Source: Antedon mediterranea
Taxonomy: Eukaryota > Animalia > Echinodermata
Assembly: GCF_964355755.1 (NCBI RefSeq)
Contig: NC_092670.1
Location: 4,578,201 to 4,642,200, forward strand
Length of the DNA stretch: 64,000 nucleotides
Direction: 5' to 3'
Shown here: one piece after another, positions 36,101 through 49,900 of the stretch
How the letters are laid out: the number at the start of each line of letters is the position of its first letter
How positions within the stretch are numbered: position 1 is the first letter of the stretch
Program-made: the position numbers and the translations under genes
The notes under the pieces: generated by a model
The model's database searches: none
What the model saw: only the letters and a program-made list of their open reading frames with translations
What the model was told of the DNA's origin: nothing

Positions 36101-37689
36101 CTCGCCGATTTTGTGGTGTTTTGTAAAAAGTGTATCCATCAGAACTACAGTAATATTATCAGATCTGCCAAATCTTTCATATCTTCAAACAAAACTACTT
36201 GAGCTCAAGATTTGATCAAAATGTTATATTAGTTCACATGATAATATCTATATTATTAATTTCTTTTTTTTACAACAACACAACTATTATTAATTTAAAT
36301 AATTCAAGAATTCTATCAAGTTATTAAAATGTTATTTACATTATCAAAGGTATTTCTGAGTAGTATTTAAACTGTATTTTAAACTAAAAACTGTTTGTTA
36401 TATATGGTTCAAATTTCATGTACTGTACTTCGTACATGTTTCTATTGCACACTGTGAATCACAAAACTACAAAATCAATCAAGCGTAACCAACATCATTT
36501 TTTACAAACATTATGAGAACATGTGATATTTTCCACAACTATGGCAAAATAAAAATAGTAATCAAAAATATCATTAATGTAGTCGTTAATGTTTGTGATG
36601 AAAATTACGCATGTTACGCTCTACTGGTTTCCAAGTCTTGGTGTCACGTCGTGCAATCTATGGTTCATGGTTTCTTCAAATTTGTAAAAACAACATAATC
36701 ATTTTAGTTAAGGAGAAAATAACATACTAGATGTATTCATATTTAAATGTATGCAAATTAAATTATACAACAAAACAATAAAAATAATTAGAATTGGATA
36801 AAAACCAAACAACTACCGCTCAATGATGTCAAAATCTTCAAAACAACAGATAAACAAAAAATAAAAAGTGTTAGTTTTAGATAGAGGTTAGGTACGTCAA
36901 GGACCAAATATATATTCATAAAATCATTTGACCATAGAAAGTTTAAATTAATGTACAATAGTCACCAACACATAAAAATAATATACTATACAAAATAATA
37001 ACATTTCTGATAAAAAAAAAAAGAAAAAAAAAGAATAAAATCATCTTAGTCATTAAAAAAATGAACTTAGGTTAAAAACAGCATAAACCATTTAGGTTTC
37101 TAATTTATTAACTTTAAATCACATCCCAACTTTTTACAGGACACATTCTGCTTGTTAAAATTAGAACCAATAAAAAAAAATAATAATATTTTATTTTTTA
37201 ATATCAAAATATTAAATTCTGCATATAATACAGTTTAAAGATTACATATTAAAATAATTCTTCTTTCCCGAAAATGAATTTGGTTTTACAGAATAAAAAG
37301 AAAATAATTTAATCAAGTTAATATCATGGGTATCTACACCATTACTTTAAAAGAATGGTTTTATGTACATTATTATAAAATTTACTTTACTTTTTCTCGT
37401 AGTCTTAAAATGTTCTATTGTAAATCTGAAATTAATTGATTGAAATGTTGAGAATTTAATCTTAATTTAAAAGAGTCTTGTTTTACAAAACATTTAAATT
37501 GAAGATGTTAAAATAGATTATTCTTTAGTTTTAAAATACAGACATTTTAAAAGGAAGGGAAAAAGCTGCATGCATATTCAGCATTCATTATTCACCACAT
37601 GTACACCACCTGTATTGGTAACTATTCAAAATAGTGAACTCATTACAAATGACTAAATATTTCAAAGTGAATAGTATTCATGACTGGTT

Positions 37690-37885
37690 GAATAGTCTCC
37701 TATTAGGTGAATACTCTCCTATTAGGTGAATAGTCTCCTATCAGTTGAATAGTGTCCTATCAGTTGAATAGTGTCCTATCAGTTGAATAGTCTCCTATCA
37801 GTTGAATAGTCTCCTATCAGTTGAATAGTCTCCTATCAGTTGAATAGTCTCCTATCAGTTGAATAGTCTCCTATCAGTTGAATAG
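37690..37885. repeat. 19-bp tandem repeat just 3' of the FERM gene stop codon
   Basis: TCAGTTGAATAGTCTCCTA, ~10 copies. Confidence 0.9.
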
Positions 37886-37983
37886 CATGGTGTCTGTTGA
37901 ATATAATCCAGTATCTTCACCAGATAAACAACATTTGACCAGGTTTGAAAAGCATTTTCCAAACAGACTTCCTATTTATGTCA

Positions 37984-40900
37984 CTATAACTCTGTTGTCA
38001 TTGTACTTCGGGTGGGCAACGTATTAGACTCGGAGTGTGCTTCAACATGCCAAGGGGACATTCCATTGCCAGACCTCTGCCGTGTAACGCTTGTTGTACT
38101 TGGAGCATACACAGTACCAGATGTTTTCCTGGTCAACACAGGCAAGGTGCCGCTACTGTTAACCTTCTTTGATTTCTGCAATTGCTAAAAATAGAAATCA
38201 TGAAATTTAAATGTCTGTTTGTTATAAATAAATAAGTCAAGTCAGTTTGTCATCTGTCCATCTGTTAGTCAGTCAACATGAAAATCAATAAAACATATTT
38301 CATAACAAACATTAAATTCATTTAAATATAATATTGGATTAATTAATATACTGCTATGATATCGTATTGACATAATGTTACATATTTACAACATCACACA
38401 TAATATACATATTCAAAAAAGTGAAATGAACTGAAAATAGGAGAAATAATGTTTCTGACATGACAATTAATGTTGAAAAATTTGAAAACTTTAACTATGA
38501 ATTCAGAAAAGAAATTCCTTTAAAAGATATCTATCAGTCAACCAACGAAATAAAAAAGGGATTACACTTACAGACTGAGGCACATTATTAATAGCATAGT
38601 GGTTATGGATCAGGATAATACTCTGTAAAGGTTGCTACACATTAGAACGATAACGACCAATAATAAATAAACAGTTTTCATTCTAGATGAGATAGCAATT
38701 TATGCTCTCTTTCATAAAAAAATAATATTTTTTTAAATCCAATCAAATGATGTCATGATCAAGAACAGAAATGATTACAACATTATTGATCTACCTGATC
38801 ATGAAATTATTTGATTGGACGTGTGAAAATATTATTTTCTTCAAAGGCAGCATAGATGGTTCTCCTATAGTTCTAGGATGAAAACTATTAGATTTCTTTT
38901 GTTTTATGCAGGAAAAATGCATATTTACAGTAGCTATATTATCATCCTAGCATAAATGAGCATTAAAACTACCACCTTGCCTCCACCAATTTATGTGCAC
39001 TCAAATTTAGTTGATAACCAGGTTCTATTTTTTCCCAGTTGCTATTAAAAAACTAACAGTATAATATAGTACTTTTTCACCTTCATTATAGATTAATACT
39101 GTTTAGAATACAGGTTATTATTGGGTGCAACTGCATTGCACTCAATAACTATCATTGAAGGCATAAGTAGAATTAAGTTGACTTCTGAAAGTCATTGGGG
39201 CACAGCAATTGCTGTACTTAGTACCATAACGATTGATGTTAAATGCATTTGTTTTGTATTAAATGTTACAGATATATGAAATGTTAACCTACTTCTAAAC
39301 GATTAGGAGAACTGGCAGAAGTGGCGAGAATCTGTCGAAAAGAGTAGAGAAAGTGGTAAAATATGAATTGAAAGGATCAGGGATTGGCATTGGTTTGTTT
39401 AATCTTTTTTGGTTAGAGATAGGCACTTGTTTGATCCGAATAGTAATGATTTGTACCATTCCATTGTAAAGATTAGACACTTTACAAGGCTAAGGTAGAA
39501 TTGCATGGGATTATAGATCAGACAAAATAATCATCTTTTGGGTCATGCCTATGGAATGCCAAAACTGACAAAGAAAATAAACATGCACAAGTTATTAAAC
39601 AAAGCAAAGGAAGGGAATTCTAAAAACAGACACTCTAAAGCAAAATCTGTAATATATAAACCAAATCATTCAAACCCAAGAAATGTAAGTAATACAATGT
39701 ATTTAAAACTGGAAGAATAAATATTACCATATGTACACATATTATCCCTAAATGACCCTCCCAAATTGGAAATCAGTTTCATGCAAAATAATTCACATTT
39801 AATCAACTAAATTAACATTTGAGGAATTGGTCCAAAACTTAAACTTGACCAAATATTTGAGTTTACATCATTACAGTAATAACACAAACATAATGTAAAA
39901 CAACACAGCATGCAACATGCAACTAAAACACTAGTAAAGAAAAACAATAACATTAATTCAGATTTTTCAATTTTTATATCATATTACATTTTTTTTTCTT
40001 ATTGTTAAAGCATATTAATTTAATATTATTCTTGTTAGAATAGAATTGCTTAAGAATATTAATTAGATTAAAATTGATATTGTATTAAAATATTATAACA
40101 AATATTTATTAACATTTTTAAATGTAAAGTTTGATAATATAAGTTCAAAAGAAATAAAAATATTATCAGTAAAGGTGTCAATGAATTTGCAAATTCAAGT
40201 GGTAATTTGCATATGATCAGCTTTTCATTTGCATAATTGATAGTAAGTTGCTGATTGGACAATTGGAAGATGACTAATCATGCATGCATGAATGGATACA
40301 TTAATGTAAAGAAACAAAATAAGTATACAGATGCAATTGAAGAAAAGGAAACTGGAACATGCTGAAGGAACTAAACAATTAGTAAATAAAAACAATAGAT
40401 TAGAAAGAATTTAAATTCAATGCATTTTAAAGTAAATCTCAATACTGTGTAACATATTATTTTGTCAAATGTGCATTTTTATTTTACTTGCAAACCTCAC
40501 TTTCATTCATTGCTTTTTTTTAAATGAAAAAATAAACGTATAAATTTGCTTGTAATTGAAAAAGAAAACAAATGTGTGGTATAATCAAGTAGTAAGTTAA
40601 AGCCCCATTCCCTACGTTTTTTAGATCTAATTTAAGATCACAAACTATATTTAATGTAAAAATAATACTATATGGTCCTATTGCGATAACTTTTTTCGTC
40701 TTTAAACGGTTAAAAATGTGAAAAATAAGTCGATTTTAATAATTATAGCGGCCCGCTATAAATCCCAAAATGCATTGCGCGCGGATTGATATTTTTGTTT
40801 TTCACCTGTAATTCGCCCACTTTTCGATCGATCGTGAGGCCAAAACAAATGGAAGACTCCTAACTTTTCAGCGAAAATACCGGGTTTTCCCCAATTTGTA

Positions 40901-43900
40901 TCAACGGAGTCTGGCAAAAATAGAAAGACAATTAATGCAGCAACTATACAACGTCAGGCTAGGTATATAGCTAGCGTACGATGTTCGCACGTTACCGATG
41001 TTTACCAGCTAGGCCTACAAAACTAAGCCTAGCCAGGCTAGGCCTAAGACCGTCCACGAGAGGTCGATCGCCGCGAGCTACTTAGGTAGTGCATTGTTTC
41101 TCACTTTTTATCATAATTTACCATAAAACGTACATTTAAGACAAGGAATGACATGGTTTAATGTTTTTAAAGTGATATATATGTATTATTTTCCAAAAAA
41201 CGTCCAAAATTGCAGGGAAGGGGTCTTTAAGTAAAACACTATATCTTCCATCCAATGATAGACGTCCAGGAATGGCTTACCCAACCTAATTAATGTCATT
41301 ACCCAGCTGCCATTTGGGCACTGAGTGCTCGTCAGTACACAATACTTTGTACTTAAGTAGTACATAAAGGATACAATTTAACAGTACTGTACAATTGATT
41401 TCAAATCTTATTTTGTAAACCAAAATGTAAATGTAAATCTTTAATTATTTCCTGTCATTATATACTTTTGGTTGCATTTTTGTTTTATTTGATTTTGAAA
41501 ATGTATTTTTATGAGTCTTTAAGTGTTTTATTATCAAGTGTATTGCCACTGAATTACATATAGATGTGAGCATAATACATCATTATTATTATTATTACTA
41601 ATTAATCAATTAATAAATTAATTTGAATTAATGAACAGCAAATCTATATTTCACTTTATCATGCATTGATGTTAGTAAAGAAATAGCTGAACGAAAATGA
41701 AAACAAAATTAAAACGTCAAGTTGAAAGGAAAAAGAAAAAGCTTGATGAAATGAGTGTTCACTCAACCGAAGCAGAAAATAAACATACCAAACCAAAAGA
41801 TTGGGTGTCTGATTCGCAGGTACCATTAGAACGATTAGCAACATCGTCGCCGGAACTAGGAGGGGGAGGCGAGGCGTACGATAAATCAGGCGTCGACTCG
41901 GAAGAGGTAATCACAACATCTGTTAAAGATGTCTCAATTTTGATTGGAGGAGAATCTTTAGGAGGTTCACTCATTTTTCGAGCACTGACGAGTGCTGGGA
42001 CAGAATTTGGTGTTACAGGGTCGTCGATGCATGTCTCAACAACGATGTTGCTAGATTTTGTGCCGTTTGATGCGGTGCTGACTGCTGATTGGCATGTGAC
42101 AGAAGTGGAAGATTCGGCCGACTAGAAAGGAGGCAAAAATATGAACAGGAAAAAGGAAGAACAAAAAGAGTTAAAAAAAATAAAGACAAAATTATATGTA
42201 ACTATACCAGTCAATGGTAGATTCTTTTTCAAATAAAATGAAGTTTTCTTGATTAGTTGAACGAACAGTAAAATATTATTTTGAATTTACTGAGTTTTAT
42301 AAATGAATGCTTATTTATTTTTCATGTACTGTATTATTGTTTAAAAATAATAAATAAACATAACTATCTATATATCAAATAATTTATTGCATGCCTTGTA
42401 AAAATAATCAAGCCACAGAGTTTTATTACTGATTGTTTACATCCATTTGTGCAAAAAAGCTTTTTATTCAATATTCATGCATTTAGGTTTACTTTTACAG
42501 TGCATCTAATCTACATTTATTACCATTTCTACTTATTTTAATGCCTTGTTAGTTAAACATGATTTCCATAGAAAAAAGAAGCTTCAGAGGTGGCAACAAA
42601 TACATAGGTGTATAGGGAACACACCAGTTAGCATTGGATAGATGATATTATATGTGCTATTTCAATAGTGCAGTACTATGATAACTATAGTAATCATAGT
42701 TATTATTATAGTAGTAGAATTTTTATTTTAAAAGGATACAGTACATATATATACGTAATGTACCCTCTTTAAGAAAAAATGTATGTAATGTATCCTCTTT
42801 AAAATAAAAATGAATTTGGCGACATCCAAAAAAACATGATTAAAGGATAGATCCAATCAACTGGTAACATCATAATTAAATATCAACAGCAAAGCATTCC
42901 ATGTATACATAATATATAGCACTCTGATTGGTCTGGCGATGTGATGTGTCGAGGATTAATTGACAAAAAAAAATATGTTGCTGAAAAATTGTTTATTTCA
43001 TCAAAAGCGAATAATGGAAAGTTCATCACGACAATAGTTTAAAAGTAGTTGAGAATATTATTAAAATATGTAATTGTTGTAGAAAACTAAAAAGTTGCTA
43101 TTATTAAACATGTTTTGACCATGCATCTCTTTACGGTGTGCAGTGGTGTGCAATGCAGATTTGTCATGAATATCCCAAAAATATATAGATTATATATTAT
43201 TATTTATTGCCTGGTGATTGGCTAGTGGTTAGGTCATTAACACCACAGTCTAATCAAACTCAAACCATGTTTTTGGTATGGGACTAGCCGGCTGTGTGAT
43301 ACGTCATAACCAGTCTCTGTCGCACTTTTTTAAAAGTACACGCATATCATAGAGTCAGTTCAATGGTGCATAAGAATGAGACCTTCAGGGTGGTTCATCG
43401 TAAAAAATCGGATTCGAAAGCAAATATTATTTAGTTATGAAAAACGTGGTATTTAACATTTTCATAAAAAGGTATTAAAGGGACACCTAATTAAAGAGAC
43501 TTTGACAACTGCGCATCGTTAATTAAGCGTATTTCCTTTTACTTACATATGCTGGTTTTGGTGGCACAACAGGGTTCATTCCATTGGTGCGGGGAGCCTG
43601 TGTCCGACTCACATTAACAGTTAACAATTCAGCACTGCCTGTACGCCTTGCACGGATATTGGTAGCCCCATCGCCATTCACCACTACATTGCCTGTACCG
43701 TTTACCTCAATTGGTGTTGGTTGGGATTGACTGGGAAACAAAATAAAATTCATGTTTAAAAATAAAATCTCCTAATTCTTTAACATTGAATGTTTTATCT
43801 TAAGCTCTGTCTAGACAAAAAAAGTGTGATGTACCCAAATATGGTAGTGATATGACATCATCATGTCCATATATGGGCACATGTAGGTTGCAGGGAATAC

Positions 43901-46900
43901 TCACACATTCTGCCAGCTTGTTGCATTTTTCATAACCTTCAAAGATTTGTCACTGGATTGTGGCGGAAGAGAAGCGGTACGTCTGTAAGCAATAAAAATA
44001 TAAATTTACAATTCAGTCTTTTGTAATAATTGTGTAGTAGGATGAAAGATCTATTTATTACCTTATTGCTGGGAATTATATAAACAACAACAAAATAGGA
44101 ATATTGTCTTTTAAAAAAGCCCATTATATTGAAAGGAATAAGAGCATATCAAAAAACAGGTTAAGAATTTGATTGCTTTGGCAAATAAAGATGATAGGGA
44201 TGTTTTTTAATAATCAATAACCAAATTATTGAGAGAAATTTGGAAAAAAGGTGGGAGATAGCATGGTAAAATGTAGTATTGTAACCCAGCAGAATTGCAA
44301 TGAGCATAAAAATGACAGTAGTACACAAAATAGACTAATATATCACAAAACAAACCTAAAGTACATGAAAGCTACAAGAAATAGGATGCAACAACAATTG
44401 AATTTTAAAATATTGCAAAATAAAAATAAACCAAGCACCAAATAAAAAGCTTTGAAGAAAGATGAAAAGAAAGTTAACACTGGACAGGAGAATAAATACC
44501 AGAGTTAAACACTGGTCAGGAAAGTTAACACTGGGCAAGAGAATACACACCGGTCAGGAAAGTTAACACTGGGCAGGAGAATAACACCGGTCAGCCAAGT
44601 AAACATTGGGCAAGAGTTAAACACCGGTCAGGAAAGTTAACACTGGGCAAGAGTTAAACACTGTGGTTAGGAAAGTTAACGCTGGGCAGGAAGATTAATA
44701 CTGGTCAGGAAAGTTAACACTGGACAAGATTTAAACACCGGTCAGGAAACTTAACATTGGGCAAGAGTTAAAACAGGACAGGTATCACTTGGCAGGAGAT
44801 TTAACAATGGGTAGGAAAGGTAATATTGATCAGGAGTTTAAAATTAGTTCTAAGAGTAAACCATTAGATGGAAAAGTTATCACTAGTTAGCAAATTTCAA
44901 TGAGGTTGCCAATTATTAATCAAAATGTTTGGTAAATTAATGGACCATTAGTTGATGTTAGGGATACAGTATATAGATACTGTAAAAATAAGAATTGAAC
45001 CAAAAGAATGAATAAGAGTATAAAAAAACAAATATTTCCCAGAGGATGCAAATTTGACCAGATAAAAACAAATGGTTGAATCAAAAAAAGAAACAAAAGT
45101 AAGAAACAAAAAATTGGAGACTCAAAAGATGAAAAGCAAAAGAAAAAAAGATAAAAATAATAATAAATGACAATGAAATATCATAAAGATGAAAAATGAT
45201 AATCTATTTTAAAACTTTTGAATAATATTTTATTAATAATTAATTTAAATATTTGTCAATCGTTACTTTAAAATATCAAAAGCATTCATGCCATTGTGGT
45301 TTTCTATTGTAAATTCTTAATTATGCCAAAAACTGTATTTAAATAAATATAAATGCATGTTTATAAAGAAAGAACTATTGTAATGCACTATGTTAATATA
45401 ATTATATTAAACAATTGCAGTGTTTGTTAGGAAAAATAGTGTTTTAGTCGGTAATAATGGTTTCACCTTGTTAAATACCAGTCACATACACATTTATTTT
45501 TAACCAATTAAGAAATCTAATGGATGTTACCATAATTATAATAATTAGTATTATCTATAATATATTAGGCTTCATTTACATATCAAATGAGTAGAGACTG
45601 TTGTTCATTCATTTTTGGGTTAAATTGTTAATTAAAGTTTGAGAACTAAACCAAAAACCAATTATAATTTTAGGGCCTAAATAGTAGCACTGTTTTTAGG
45701 AAAATCCTGGCGAGGCAGGACATAATTTGAACATAGTGTAGGGAAAGCAAGCATATCAATACACAGTGCCCCATCAATGGCCAATACAATGTTAACGTTT
45801 TTTAATTACTTGTAATATTGTTAACTTGTTATAATTATTGCATCAAGGAATACCATTTGTAAATATTGGGATAAAAAGGAACAATTTTAAAAGCAGATGA
45901 TGTAAGTGTCCCAAAGGAAAACATGAAACACTGCAAACTCTACAGCTTATAGAAAATAAAAATACTAAAAGGATTCTATGAAGTATGGAAAGCTAACAAA
46001 TAATTTAGTATATTTTTGTTTACGTACCATAAAGGAAAATCGAAAGACGAATCAGATGTGAAAATAAAAGGGGAAAAAATAGGAAACAAGTTAAAAAGAG
46101 ATCAAAGTTATCTTCATCCACAGCATGTCTTTATGGTTAACACTGTATAACAATAATCTGAAAATCTTGGGCTTGAATACTGTTTAACATACAGTTGACA
46201 CTACAGTATCAAACCGTCAAGATTACTTGACACTACAGTATCAAACTGTTGACACTACAGTATCAAACCGTCAACACTACTTGACACTACAGTATCAAAC
46301 AGTCAACACTACTTGACACTACAGTATCAAACCCTTGACACTACTTGACACTACAGTATCAAACAGTTGACACTACAGTATCAAACAGTTGACACTACAG
46401 TATCAAACAGTTGACACTACAGTATCAAACCGTTGACACTACAGTATCAAACAGTTGACACTACGGTATTAAACCGTTGACACTACAGTATTAAACAGTC
46501 GACACTACAGGATCAAACAGTCGACACTACGGTATTAAACCGTTGACACTACGGTATTAAACCGTTGACACTACGGTATCAAACAGTTGACACTACGGTA
46601 TCAAACCGTTGACACTACGGTATAAAGCAGTTGACACTACAGTATCAAACAGTCGACACAACAGTATCAAACCGTTGACACTACAGTATTAAACCGTTGA
46701 CACTAGTATCAAACAGTTGACACTACAGTATCAGACAGTTGACACAACAGTATCAAACAGTCGACACTACAGTATCAAACAGTCGACACTACAGTATCAA
46801 ACAGTCGACACTACAGTATCAAACCGTTGACACTACAGTATCAAACAGTCGACACTACAGTATCAAACAGTCGACACTAAAGTATCAAACAGTCGACACT

Positions 46901-49900
46901 ACAGTATCAAACAGTCGACACAACAGTATCAAACCGTCGACACTACAGTATTAAACTGTTGACACTACGGTATTAAACAGTTGACACTACAGTATCAAAC
47001 AGTCGACACTACAGTATCAAACAGTTGACACTACATTATCAAACAGTCGACACTACAGTATCAAACAGTTGACACTACAGTATCAAACAGTCGACACTAC
47101 AGTATCAAACCGTTGACACTACAGTATCAAACAGTCGACACTACAGTATCAAACAGTCGACACTACAGGATCAAACAGTCGACACTACAGGATCAAACAG
47201 TTGACACTACAGTATTAAACAGTTGACACTACAGTATAAAACAGTTGACACAACAGTATCAAACCGTTGACACTACAGTATCAAACAGTTGACACTACGG
47301 TATTAAACCGTTGACACTACAGGATCAAACAGTTGACACTACGGTATCAAATAGTTGACACTACGGTATCAAACAGTCGACACTACGGTATCAAACAGTC
47401 GACACTACAGTATCAAACAGTCGACACTACAGTATCAAACAGTTGACACAACAGTATCAAACCGTTGACACAACAGTATTAAACCGTTGACACGACGGTA
47501 TTAAACCGTTGACACTACGGTATCAAACAGTTGACACTACCGTATCAAACAGTCGACACTACAGTATCAAACAGTCGACACTACAGTATCAAACAGTCGA
47601 CACTACAGTAACAAACAGTCGACACTACAGTATCAAACAGTCGACACTACAGTATCAAACAGTTGACACTACAGTATCAAACAGTCGACACTACAGTATC
47701 AAACCGTTGACACTACAGTATCAAACAGTCAACCCTACAGTATCAAACAGTCGACACTACAGGATCAAACAGTCGACACTACAGGATCAAACCGTTGACA
47801 CTACGGTATTAAACCGTTGACACTACGGTATCAAACAGTTGACACTACGGTATCAAACCGTTGACACTACGGTATTAAACAGTCGACACTACAGGATCAA
47901 ACAGTCGACACTACGGTATTAAACCGTTGACACTACGGTATTAAACCGTTGACACTACGGTATCAAACAGTTGACACTACGGTATCAAACCGTTGACACT
48001 ACGGTATAAAGCAGTTGACACTACAGTATCAAACAGTCGACACAACAGTATCAAACCGTTGACACTACAGTATTAAACCGTTGACACTAGTATCAAACAG
48101 TTGACACTACAGTATCAGACAGTTGACACAACAGTATCAAACAGTCGACACTACAGTATCAAACAGTCGACACTACAGTATCAAACAGTCGACACTACAG
48201 TATCAAACCGTTGACACTACAGTATCAAACAGTCGACACTACAGTATCAAACAGTCGACACTAAAGTATCAAACAGTCGACACTACAGTATCAAACAGTC
48301 GACACAACAGTATCAAACCGTCGACACTACAGTATTAAACTGTTGACACTACGGTATTAAACAGTTGACACTACAGTATCAAACAGTCGACACTACAGTA
48401 TCAAACAGTTGACACTACATTATCAAACAGTCGACACTACAGTATCAAACAGTTGACACTACAGTATCAAACAGTCGACACTACAGTATCAAACCGTTGA
48501 CACTACAGTATCAAACAGTCGACACTACAGTATCAAACAGTCGACACTACAGGATCAAACAGTCGACACTACAGGATCAAACAGTTGACACTACAGTATT
48601 AAACAGTTGACACTACAGTATAAAACAGTTGACACAACAGTATCAAACCGTTGACACTACAGTATCAAACAGTTGACACTACGGTATTAAACCGTTGACA
48701 CTACAGGATCAAACAGTTGACACTACGGTATCAAATAGTTGACACTACGGTATCAAACAGTCGACACTACGGTATCAAACAGTCGACACTACAGTATCAA
48801 ACAGTCGACACTACAGTATCAAACAGTCGACACTACAGGATCAAACAGTTGACACAACAGTATCAAACCGTTGACACAACAGTATTAAACCGTTGACACG
48901 ACGGTATTAAACCGTTGACACTACGGTATCAAACAGTTGACACTACCGTATCAAACAGTCGACACTACAGTATCAAACAGTCGACACTACAGTATCAAAC
49001 AGTCGACACTACAGTAACAAACAGTCGACACTACAGTATCAAACAGTCGACACTACAGTATCAAACAGTTGACACTACAGTATCAAACAGTCGACACTAC
49101 AGTATCAAACCGTTGACACTACAGTATCAAACAGTCAACCCTACAGTATCAAACAGTCGACACTACAGGATCAAACAGTCGACACTACAGGATCAAACAG
49201 TTGACACAACAGTATCAAACTGTTGACACTACAGTATTAAACAGTTGACACTACAATATCAAACAGTTGAAACTACAGTATCAAACAGTCGACACTACAA
49301 TATCAAACTGTTGACACTACAGTATTAAACAGTCGACACTACAGTATCAAACAGTCGACACTACAGTATCAAACCGTTGACACTACAGTATCAAACCGTC
49401 AACACTACAGTATCAAACAGTCGACACTACAGGATCAAACAGTTGACACAACAGTATCAAACAGTCGACACTACAATATCAAACCGTTGACACTACAGTA
49501 TTAAACAGTTGACACTACAGTATCAAACAGTTGACACTACAGTATTAAACAGTTGACACAACAGTATCAAACAGTTGACACAACAGTATCAAACAGTTAA
49601 CAATACAGTATCAAACCGTTGACACTACATTTATCAAATAGGTTACCAATTAATATAAATATTAATAGAAAAATACAATAAAATATAAATAACATCACAG
49701 TTTGTACAATTATTATTTACAATTAACACATGTAAGAATATACAGTACTTTAAAGATGTATTGTTTTCTAATAATTTGGAATATTGCAATGAAATAAAAA
49801 ATTTAATTTATAATTACTATAACATAGATATTAGTAACTATACTGTATAAACATGCTTATTTGTAAACCTTGTGAATATGAAATCTTAACAGAAAGAAGC

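Noticed and set aside
41697-42125. 142-aa plus-strand ORF (also 54785-55036, 25797-26018, 27266-27490)
   Set aside because: Antisense shadows of minus-strand exons.
46190-49638. CRISPR-like array
   Set aside because: Head-to-tail repeats without unique spacers, in a eukaryotic intron, with no cas genes.
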